Shown here piece after piece: positions 17,218 through 24,412 of a DNA stretch of 29,249 nucleotides. The notes under the pieces are model-generated. The model saw only the letters and a list, made by a program, of their open reading frames with translations, had not been told where the DNA came from and searched no databases. Position numbers and translations under genes: made by a program. The DNA comes from Pyrobaculum sp. (lineage in GTDB: Archaea > Thermoproteota > Thermoprotei > Thermoproteales > Thermoproteaceae): NCBI GenBank assembly GCA_046293555.1, contig JBKBOT010000020.1, positions 1-29,249 on the forward strand, written 5' to 3'. The first letter of the stretch is position 1; each line of letters begins with the position of its first letter.

Positions 17218-18020
17218 CTATATGGCCTATACCAGCTGTCTCTCAGAGAGGGGGTCAACAGCCTGGAGACCCCGCCCACCCATCTCTCCCCCCTGGCGGC
17301 CGCCTCAGCCACTTTCTGCACGTCTAGCGGCAAGGAGGGGCCGTAGTGGGCAATAGTGTCGCCTGGAGTCACCACGTGGCTTTTGTTTATGAAGGCCACC
17401 TCCCTCTCGCTGTAGGCAAGGCCGCTGGATTCATACACCACGAAGTCTGCCCTCTCTATTAGGTCTACCGGCGGCTCTCTCCTCGTGATGAAAAAACAGG
17501 GGAGGCCCCTCCTATATTTCAGCCCCACGGCCGTTAAGACGTCTGCCACATAGACGTTGCTACACGCCACTTCATACACGTCAAATTTTATTACCGCCAA
17601 GACGTTTTCGTAGATCACACTTCCTCTTAACAAGTCTCTGTAGATGCCGGCGACTCTGTCTCCCTCCTCGTCTTTGTTAAAAAGCCGCGCTATATATCTA
17701 AAAATGCTTACAATTTGGTCGATGTTTGCCGGCGTGGGGATCGCCACCACTGCTTTTGAGTATTTAGAGACGGCGTCTAGCAGGTTTTTCTGTACGGGGT
17801 AGTACAAAACGGCGAGATCCGGCCCTATTTTCTCCAACGCCGCTGTGTCTATACTTATGAAGGTCCCCACCTTGGGGACAGCCAGCAGCTCTCTCGGCCT
17901 TATGCTGTAAACATCTCTCCCCGCCAGCTCTACCCCCAGAAGGGCGAGAAACTCGTTTACAGAGGGGTTTAAGGAGATTACCCTTTTGGGCACGCCCTCC
18001 AGCGTCCCCAGGTAGATCAC
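17214..18020 (-). CDS. Helical-backbone (BtuF/TroA-like) substrate-binding-fold protein, no export signal
   Basis: PKRVISLNPSVNEFLALLG..AGRD..P..VPKVG..D...L....PDL, and HYGPSL near the C-terminus. No hydrophobic N-terminus. GTGA overlap with tiaS. TTTAATTA lies 25 nt upstream. Confidence 0.75.
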   Translation of the reverse strand: MIYLGTLEGVPKRVISLNPSVNEFLALLGVELAGRDVYSIRPRELLAVPKVGTFISIDTAALEKIGPDLAVLYYPVQKNLLDAVSKYSKAVVAIPTPANIDQIVSIFRYIARLFNKDEEGDRVAGIYRDLLRGSVIYENVLAVIKFDVYEVACSNVYVADVLTAVGLKYRRGLPCFFITRREPPVDLIERADFVVYESSGLAYSEREVAFINKSHVVTPGDTIAHYGPSLPLDVQKVAEAAARGERWVGGVSRLLTPSLRDSWYRPYR

Positions 18021-18047
18021 GTTGGGGTAGAGCCCTCTAATTAAATT

Positions 18048-18259
18048 TGAGGCGCCGCATACCCCCGCTTCTGTTTGGGTATCGGTCTAGCCCCCTACCC
18101 GGGCCTTGCCGCGGGGCCTCATAGGCCCTGCTTGGGGGCCGCGCGGCCTGCTGGTTTTTACCCCCGCCTTCCGGCAGCCCACAGGCCGCTCCCGCGGGCG
18201 GTGCGGGAGGTTCCAGAGGGGGCCCGTCTCCGGGCTCCCCCCGTCCCCTCGGCGCCTCA
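18048..18259 (-). ncRNA. rnpB: RNase P RNA, shortened type T (Thermoproteaceae)
   Basis: About 210 nt, very GC-rich. P1 helix from terminal UGAGGCGCCG/CGGCGCCUCA. CR-I-like GGAACCUCCCGC (18214-18203) pairs with CR-V ACAGAAGCGGGGGUAU (18074-18059) to form P4. CR-IV-like GCUAGACCGAU, GNRA loops GAGA and GGAA, and a TATA box about 26 nt upstream. Confidence 0.92.
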
Positions 18260-18277
18260 TGTGTATATATACGTAAG

Positions 18278-18285
18278 TATAAAAA
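18278..18285 (-). promoter_or_regulatory. TATA box of RNase P RNA
   Basis: TTTTTATA on the minus strand, 26-27 nt upstream of the P1 5' end. Confidence 0.7.
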
Positions 18286-18305
18286 CTATATGGAGACTAA
18301 AAAAC

Positions 18306-19871
18306 TTACCGAGTTTGGAAATATGTAGCAACGGGCACTTTATATGTACACGAGTCGCTACCGTAGTAATAATACTTACTCACGGCCATGTAGACATATT
18401 CGGGGACGTTATATCCAATACCTCCAACAGCGCCCTCGTTTGTTAGTTTAATGTCGACAAATATCGTGGGGCCTTGGTGAGATAACGTAACGCCGATGTT
18501 AGAAAGAAAGGCGTAACACGCCGGAGTGGCAGTCCCACCAGATAGCTTAGTACACAACAAGAGGGCCGCGATGGCGCCCACTGGTATAGTCACTTCATAA
18601 TCTGTACCACATTTATTAAAATGTGGAAATATCTTGCTGGAGTTAATTGACTCTCCGGGGTCTAGCTTGCCGTCTGCCAGTGCGGAATTTGGGATCTGTA
18701 GTAAAGTCAACTCGCCGCCCTCAAAAAACCTATCCATAATCCTACTGTCGGGCAGCCCGCGCTGTAGGCCGCCTTGAATCACGCCGTTATATGCTAACAC
18801 GTCTTGAACAAACGTCTCGATTTTGTCATATAGGTAATTTACTTTAACATAGTAGCCAAATGGACATATATAGCCGTCGTATACACTAGAAATTCTGAAA
18901 ACTGGCCGAGCCCAAATCCAAACCCAAAATCTTTCATTGGGGAGTGCTGACGCACCATCGTTAAAGCGGTAGGTACCGCCCCACGTGGTGCTGATACTTA
19001 TCCAAATGGGTATGTCTGGAGCGGGTATATAACCTTTCGATAGGGCCTCTATAATTTTCCCAGTGGCAACTGTGAGGTAGGCTGCAGATCTTACAGGCTG
19101 ACCATAAATGGCTATAGATGCGCTGATTCTGCCGCTGTAGGAGTACACATTGTCCACTATAAGGACTGGCGTTTTTATATAAGTTCTGCCATTATAGGTA
19201 GTGAAGTAGTCTGCCGGCAGACTACTGAGATTTTCTGGAGTCACGACGTATTTCACCTCTTCTATGAGAGCTGGGACACAATCAAAAAGTTGTGTAGGCG
19301 GCGTCCGCGTATTTAACGGCTGCATATGTCTTACGTCTGTATATCTATCTAGTGGACTTACGTCGTATTCCACCTCTGATCTGGCTGTACGTTCGCCTTT
19401 CTTGAGGTGTAGTTTTATTTTCAGCTTGCCAGTTTTCTCCACTAGATATGGCCTATATGAGACTGAGTCAACTACGTAGTAAAGCTCTTCTACTGTCTGG
19501 TTTACAACTCTTCTGATGGATATTGTGATGAGTAGTCCGGTCTGGAAGTTTGTGACGTCGTTTTTCCTTCTCTCATGTTCGCTTACCCACCTTTGTGCTA
19601 TCTCTCTTAGCTTTTTTGTGGGTATGAATATCTTTTTGGCCGGCTTGGCGTTTATCTCAGCTATTTTTTCTAACAAGTCGGGGGTTATGGCTTCTATCTT
19701 GAGGTATAGGTACATGTCTGGAGTTGGCTCTATTGGCTTTATTCTGCCGTCACGTACCTCATATAACTGGAGGTATATCCCGTCTTCTGGCTGCTGGCTG
19801 TACAACGCGCCAAATATCGCCATTATGACAACTGCCGCTATGGCCAGAAAAAGGGTCTTGTTGTTTGGCAT
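18306..19871 (-). CDS. Hypothetical secreted or membrane-anchored protein, AT-rich
   Basis: 521-aa ORF with an N-terminal signal/anchor (KTLFLAIAAVVIMAIFGALYS), a charged N-domain, an aromatic beta-rich C-domain and a hydrophobic hairpin. TAATG overlap with the upstream gene. Visibly lower GC than the flanks. Confidence 0.75.
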   Translation of the reverse strand: MPNNKTLFLAIAAVVIMAIFGALYSQQPEDGIYLQLYEVRDGRIKPIEPTPDMYLYLKIEAITPDLLEKIAEINAKPAKKIFIPTKKLREIAQRWVSEHERRKNDVTNFQTGLLITISIRRVVNQTVEELYYVVDSVSYRPYLVEKTGKLKIKLHLKKGERTARSEVEYDVSPLDRYTDVRHMQPLNTRTPPTQLFDCVPALIEEVKYVVTPENLSSLPADYFTTYNGRTYIKTPVLIVDNVYSYSGRISASIAIYGQPVRSAAYLTVATGKIIEALSKGYIPAPDIPIWISISTTWGGTYRFNDGASALPNERFWVWIWARPVFRISSVYDGYICPFGYYVKVNYLYDKIETFVQDVLAYNGVIQGGLQRGLPDSRIMDRFFEGGELTLLQIPNSALADGKLDPGESINSSKIFPHFNKCGTDYEVTIPVGAIAALLLCTKLSGGTATPACYAFLSNIGVTLSHQGPTIFVDIKLTNEGAVGGIGYNVPEYVYMAVSKYYYYGSDSCTYKVPVATYFQTR

Positions 19872-20155
19872 TATCCTTTCCAGAGGCCTATGGCGAGGCC
19901 TATGAGGAAGGTGATGGAGGAGTAGGGTATTACCTCCTTGAGGCTTGTGGCTTGTCTTAACGCCTCTGTGGCTGAGTAGCCTAGCTGTCTTAACGCCTCT
20001 GCCACCTGGTGGGGGGAGAGGTAGCCGAAGGCTAGTAGCGCTATGGCGAGTCCCGCCAGTATGAGCCCGGCGGATAGCACCCTCTTTATTAATGCCCCCG
20101 CCAGCAGCCCGATGATGAAGGGTCCCGCCAGCGCCAGGACTTGGGCGGCCTCCAT
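19871..20155 (-). CDS. FUN14-family small membrane protein
   Basis: GPFIIGLLAGALIKRVL..GL..LLAFGYLS..FLIGLAIGLWKG pattern, 94 aa. Confidence 0.7.
   Translation of the reverse strand: MEAAQVLALAGPFIIGLLAGALIKRVLSAGLILAGLAIALLAFGYLSPHQVAEALRQLGYSATEALRQATSLKEVIPYSSITFLIGLAIGLWKG
19953..20001. repeat. 16-nt direct repeat, 33-nt period (TGTCTTAACGCCTCTG x2)
   Basis: Copies at 19953-19968 and 19986-20001. They encode EALRQ twice, in frame, in the FUN14-like gene. Confidence 0.8.
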
Positions 20156-20188
20156 GTCTAAAATTTATTATATAGATTTTTTGCTTTT

Positions 20189-20827
20189 GTGGAGTTTAGA
20201 TGTGCGCCGGGGTGCGCCCTGTGTTGTAAAGCCAGCCCCGTCACGGTGCTTCCACATGAGGTGTACATATTGCAACAACACGCCGAGAGGCTTGGCGTCT
20301 CTGTTTTCTTCACCCCGGCGTACAGGGTGGCCGACCTGAGGTCTGGCCTCCGTATTGCTCTTAGCTACTTGATGCATCTAGACGAGACTGGGGCCTGCCC
20401 CTTTCTGAGGGGCACCAGCTGTATGTTACATGATTTGTACAAACCCTTGACGTGCCGCTCTTTTCCATATCTGCCCAAGGTGGTGAAATATGAGCTAGAC
20501 CCGGCGGCCAGGGAGGTGCGTATAGACGTGAAATTCGTCATGTCTACCCTATGTCCAGTGGTTAGAAAGGACCTCGCCGGCGATATGTCTGACATTAGGA
20601 TCGCTGTGAAGTACGCCCCGTCGGAGGTGGGAGTGGCGGTAGACACACTAGAGAAGAGGTACCTATATGCCAAAGTCCTTTCGGAGCTTTGGAGAGGCGG
20701 CTTGGTGGAGCTAGACGACGGGGGGAAGTACCCCCACCTCCCTGTTGTAAACGGCTTTGCTTTTATCCGCAGGATGTATCCACAGTTCACTCTAGAAAGT
20801 CTGGACTCCAGGCGGCGGCTGTTTTAA
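20189..20827 (+). CDS. YkgJ-family cysteine-cluster (CxxxCxxCC) putative Fe-S/Zn protein
   Basis: FRCAPGCALCC, CPFL, CMLH..KPLTCRSFP, CP. TTTATTAT lies 25 nt upstream in a 33-bp divergent spacer. Confidence 0.85.
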   Translation: MEFRCAPGCALCCKASPVTVLPHEVYILQQHAERLGVSVFFTPAYRVADLRSGLRIALSYLMHLDETGACPFLRGTSCMLHDLYKPLTCRSFPYLPKVVKYELDPAAREVRIDVKFVMSTLCPVVRKDLAGDMSDIRIAVKYAPSEVGVAVDTLEKRYLYAKVLSELWRGGLVELDDGGKYPHLPVVNGFAFIRRMYPQFTLESLDSRRRLF

Positions 20828-21762
20828 GTCACCAGCCTGTCTGCCACCAGCTTCTCGAAGTCTACGGCAGGCCCCCCCTCTGTGTCTATGGGCTGGAGGG
20901 CTGGGGGCAGCTCCCTATAGCGCGGGTCGTAGATAGATTCGTACCTCTCCTCGAAGGTGGGCACAAGCTCGTTCCTGTAGAATATGCCCAGCGCCAGCCT
21001 GTCTCTCTCCACGATCTTGTCTAGCGCCCTCCTTATCTTGGCCTCGGCCTCCTCCTCACTGCGTACCGCCGGGTCCCAGGCGGGGTCTACCTCCTCCAGC
21101 TTGTATACCCTCCTTTCGTACCACTCCCGCGTCATGACGTTGTTATACGTGACGCAGGGGCTGTAGATATGGACAAAGGCGGACCCCCTGTGTCTGATGG
21201 CCTCTACCAGCAGCCTCGTGGTGTATCTAATGTCGTAGGAGTATCCCCTGGCTATAAAGGTGAAGCCCGCCGTCAGGGCCAGGAGGAGTGGGTTTATTTC
21301 CGACTGGGGGTTGGCCCTCGGCGCGGCTTTTACCTTCATGCCTGCCGGCAGCGTGGGGCCCGGCTGCCCCCGCGTCAAGCCGTAGACGGAGTTATCCATG
21401 AGAATTATGGCCATGTCTAAATTCCGCCGGCCCATATGTAGTAGGTGGTTACCGCCAATGGCCATCAGGTCGCCGTCGCCGCCTATTACCACCACCTCTA
21501 GGCTTGGGTTCGCCATCTTTATCCCCATGGCGTAGGGTATGGCCCTGCCGTGTATCGCGTGGAGGCTTACAGTTCTCACAAAATGTGGCAGCCTGGAGGA
21601 GCAGCCGATGCCAGATACCAACACCACCCTTGTGGGGTCTAGGTCTAGCTCGGCGAAGGCGTTGTACACAGCCTGGAGTACGCCGAAGTGACCGCAGCCG
21701 GGGCACCACTCGGGCGGTCTTACCCACCTGTAGTCAGCCGCGGTGCGTCTTGCGGCCTGCAT
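20824..21762 (-). CDS. 2-oxoacid:ferredoxin oxidoreductase beta subunit (TPP-binding)
   Basis: WCPGCG, SGIGCSS, HGR, GGDGD..IGGNH, DN..YGLT.GQ, SPCVTYN. Substrate (Kor/Por) not determinable. Confidence 0.95.
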   Translation of the reverse strand: MQAARRTAADYRWVRPPEWCPGCGHFGVLQAVYNAFAELDLDPTRVVLVSGIGCSSRLPHFVRTVSLHAIHGRAIPYAMGIKMANPSLEVVVIGGDGDLMAIGGNHLLHMGRRNLDMAIILMDNSVYGLTRGQPGPTLPAGMKVKAAPRANPQSEINPLLLALTAGFTFIARGYSYDIRYTTRLLVEAIRHRGSAFVHIYSPCVTYNNVMTREWYERRVYKLEEVDPAWDPAVRSEEEAEAKIRRALDKIVERDRLALGIFYRNELVPTFEERYESIYDPRYRELPPALQPIDTEGGPAVDFEKLVADRLVT

Positions 21763-21764
21763 GG

Positions 21765-23642
21765 CTACAAGTCCGTCTCTATTTTAATAACCTTCTCCCC
21801 CCCTACAAACCTCCTGTAGGCCTCTACCACGTCGTCTGTGGTTATAGGCCTGCCGTTGAACTTAACGGCCACCGCGGCGGGCTCTATGCCGGCAAACATC
21901 CTCGTGGCTAAGGCCAGCTGGCCCAGGTAGTTATTTTCTATAAACAAGGCCTCCCTCCCCTCTAGGTGTTTCCTCACATCGCCGGCGGGGTAGGGGAAGA
22001 GCATCTTGACGTATAGAAAGCCCACGTCTTTTAGCTCCCTGAGGGCTGACAACACCGCCGGCTTTGTGGAGCCCCAGCTTACAACAACCCTAGCGGCCTC
22101 CGGCGGCCCGAAGTAGAGGAGCTTCTCCTCTCTGGGGATCTCCTCCTCTATTAGCCTCAGCTTGGCCATCCGGCGTTCGAACATCTTTGTGACCACCACC
22201 GGGTCCTCCTCCGGGTCTCCCTCCGGGTCGTGCTCAAGGCTGTTTAGGTGAAACACGGCGTTGGAGACTCCCGGCAGGAGTCTTGGCGGTATCACCTCTC
22301 CCAGCGGGTAGGCCTCCACGTCTTTTGGCTGTGGGAACGCCGCCGGCTCTACCCGCCGGAGTTTAACTTTAGACACGTCGGGGAGGGGCATGACGGCGAA
22401 GGTGTTAGAAAGGTTTTTGTCTAGAAGGTGTATTACCGGCACCCTGTATCGCTCCGCCCACTCGGCCGCCTTTATGTTGTCAAAAAAGACTTCCTCCAGG
22501 TCGCCGCTGGCGTATACAATCTTTGGGTACTCCCCCTGCCCAACAGACAGCGAGAAGAGCAGGTCCTGCTGCCCCTGTCTGGTGGCCTGGCCGGTGCTCG
22601 GCCCAGCCCGCATCCACAACGTGACCACGACCCCCACCTCCACCATGCCGGCAAGCGATATGGCCTCCGCCATTAGGCTAAAGCCAGGCCCCGAGGTGAC
22701 CGTGGCCGCCCGCGCGCCGGCAATAGCCGCCCCCGTGGCTATAGCTATGGCGCTTAGCTCGTCTTCAGCCTGGAAGACCACAGCGCCGCCTCTCTCCAGG
22801 GGGGGCCTTAGGGGGAGGGGGACGCTCCTCTCGAAGGTCATGGCGTCATCTGTGGCGGGCGTTATGGGGTAGTAGGCCAAGAGCCTCACCCCGCCCACTA
22901 TTTTCCCATATGCCGCCGCCTCGTTGCCATTCCAGAAGACACGCCTGCCGCCTGCCGGCGGCCCCAAGTCGACTTTTTTCTCCACAAGCCTCATGGCCTC
23001 TGCCGCCACCTTTTTGTTTTGTTCCACCACCTCCGCCTTTTTCCCCAGGGCAAACGCCACGCCTCTGGCCACATGTTCCACGTCGAGGCCTAACAGCGCG
23101 GCGCCAAGCGCCACCACGAAGGTGTTCACAAATCTGGCTAACATCACTGGAGACGTAACTCCCACCTTCCTCCCAATTTCTGTTATGTGCCTGCTGTATG
23201 GCACCCCCACCACCTCCACGCCGTTTTGACGTAAGTAGTCCACAAACCCCCCCACCGTGGGCTCTATGCCCTGTTTTTTTGCAAAACTTTTGAGCCTCTC
23301 CGCCAGGGCTTTAGACATCATTGTGTATTGATCCGTAGTCTTGTGGTCCTCCTCCGTGTTGTATATAAGGTAGCTCCCCCTCTTTAGGTGGGAGACGTGT
23401 TCAAAGACGGCATGTCCGTCAAAAGTCAGCGCCATGTCTACAGAATTGCCTGGAGCCGGCGCGGGCCATTGGCTGGAGATGGTGCCTACCACATAGCTGT
23501 GGCGGCCTCCAGCTATGTTGCTCCAAAACTCCCGCCGGGCGTATACATAATACCCGGCGGCCCCCACCCCGTACATGAACATAAAGGAGGCCGTCTCGAC
23601 GCCTCTGCCCTGCGGTCCCCCTATCAAAAATTTTACTTCCAT
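21765..23642 (-). CDS. 2-oxoacid:ferredoxin oxidoreductase alpha subunit (fused gamma-alpha)
   Basis: GGPQGRGV..GGRHS gamma domain, then GNEA, YPITPA, QAEDE, TSGPGFSLM, RAGPSTG, WGST, ENNYLGQL. Confidence 0.95.
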   Translation of the reverse strand: MEVKFLIGGPQGRGVETASFMFMYGVGAAGYYVYARREFWSNIAGGRHSYVVGTISSQWPAPAPGNSVDMALTFDGHAVFEHVSHLKRGSYLIYNTEEDHKTTDQYTMMSKALAERLKSFAKKQGIEPTVGGFVDYLRQNGVEVVGVPYSRHITEIGRKVGVTSPVMLARFVNTFVVALGAALLGLDVEHVARGVAFALGKKAEVVEQNKKVAAEAMRLVEKKVDLGPPAGGRRVFWNGNEAAAYGKIVGGVRLLAYYPITPATDDAMTFERSVPLPLRPPLERGGAVVFQAEDELSAIAIATGAAIAGARAATVTSGPGFSLMAEAISLAGMVEVGVVVTLWMRAGPSTGQATRQGQQDLLFSLSVGQGEYPKIVYASGDLEEVFFDNIKAAEWAERYRVPVIHLLDKNLSNTFAVMPLPDVSKVKLRRVEPAAFPQPKDVEAYPLGEVIPPRLLPGVSNAVFHLNSLEHDPEGDPEEDPVVVTKMFERRMAKLRLIEEEIPREEKLLYFGPPEAARVVVSWGSTKPAVLSALRELKDVGFLYVKMLFPYPAGDVRKHLEGREALFIENNYLGQLALATRMFAGIEPAAVAVKFNGRPITTDDVVEAYRRFVGGEKVIKIETDL

Positions 23643-23662
23643 TGATATAAAAAAGACATGAA

Positions 23663-23670
23663 TTTATATA
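23663..23670 (-). promoter_or_regulatory. TATA box of the oxidoreductase operon
   Basis: TATATAAA 28 nt upstream of ATG 23642, preceded by a purine-rich BRE-like AAAAGAAAAA. Confidence 0.7.
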
Positions 23671-23759
23671 TTTTTCTTTTATGTGCCCTTTAACTTTTTT
23701 CTAGATGGAATAGTGTTACCATGTTTTATAATTATATATACAAACAATAGTTTTTGACG

Positions 23760-24356
23760 TCATATTACTCGAATGGAGGTGAGGTAATTCTTAAGCCCCG
23801 TGAGGATCATCTCCGTGGCGACTGAGGCGATTATCAGAGAGAGGAAGCGCGCCAGCAGCTTTATCGACGTCGTCCCCACGTATTTCACCACATGTATCCC
23901 CACGAGGAGCGTGGCGGCGGTGGCGGTGGAGCTGATAAAAGCCGCGATGGCTGTATCCACAGGCCCGTAGAGTGTGGACATAACTATCAGGGTGGTGATG
24001 GTGCCAGGCCCCACAATCAGGGGGGTGGCCAGGGGCACCACCGCCTGCTCCTCCGTGATGTCTGTCTCTATGTAGGACCCAGAGACCAGGGTCATTATGG
24101 AGATGGTCATTAACACCACGCCGCCGGCAATTCTAAAGCTGTCTATACTAACGCCAAAGAGGGAGAGGATAAACCCCCCACTTACCGCAAAGATGGCGGT
24201 AAGCATGTAGACCGCCGCGGCCACCACTATGGAGATCCGACGGGCGTGGGCAGGCCTTTTTGACGCAAGGGGCCCCACCACGGCGAGGGTGCCTATTGGG
24301 TTCATTATGGCGTATAGCTGGCCGGCCATTATGGCTAGCTCTAGTGGGGTAGCCAC
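23760..24356 (-). CDS. MarC-family membrane protein
   Basis: IMNPIG, G..IL..FGVSIDSFRIAGG, AVVPLATPLIVGPGTIT, about six hydrophobic segments. Confidence 0.93.
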   Translation of the reverse strand: MATPLELAIMAGQLYAIMNPIGTLAVVGPLASKRPAHARRISIVVAAAVYMLTAIFAVSGGFILSLFGVSIDSFRIAGGVVLMTISIMTLVSGSYIETDITEEQAVVPLATPLIVGPGTITTLIVMSTLYGPVDTAIAAFISSTATAATLLVGIHVVKYVGTTSIKLLARFLSLIIASVATEMILTGLKNYLTSIRVI

Positions 24357-24357
24357 G

Positions 24358-24412
24358 GGGTTCAGACCTCACGCGCCTCTTCACCCCTCAGTCGTGGTGA
24401 CTCTCCACACCC
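24358..24412 (-). ncRNA. Box C/D guide sRNA overlapping the fbp 3' end
   Basis: GGGU-[C GUGGAGA]-GUCACCACGA-[D' CUGA]-GGG-[C' GUGAAGA]-GGCGCGUGAGGU-[D CUGA]-ACCC. 55 nt, canonical box order, 10- and 12-nt guides, 4-bp terminal stem. Confidence 0.75.

Noticed and set aside
18048-18259. MITE or IS remnant suggested by the 10-bp terminal inverted repeats
   Set aside because: The repeats are the P1 helix. RNase P conserved regions and a correctly spaced TATA box are present, and no transposase or target-site duplication is seen.
18075-18446. 123-aa plus-strand ORF
   Set aside because: Antisense to the RNase P RNA, its promoter and the end of the 521-aa gene; Pro/Arg/Ala-rich, consistent with a GC artefact.
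19953-20001. CRISPR mini-array
   Set aside because: Only two 16-nt copies with a 17-nt gap, in frame within a coding gene, and no cas genes or leader.
20112-20150. Second C/D sRNA starting at ATGATGA on the plus strand
   Set aside because: A perfect C box but no correctly spaced CUGA D'/D boxes; it lies antisense inside the FUN14-like gene.
23643-23759. Replication origin suggested by the AT-rich spacer and mcm in the window
   Set aside because: No repeated ORB-like boxes and no cdc6/orc1 or whiP nearby; the spacer is short and explained by promoter elements.
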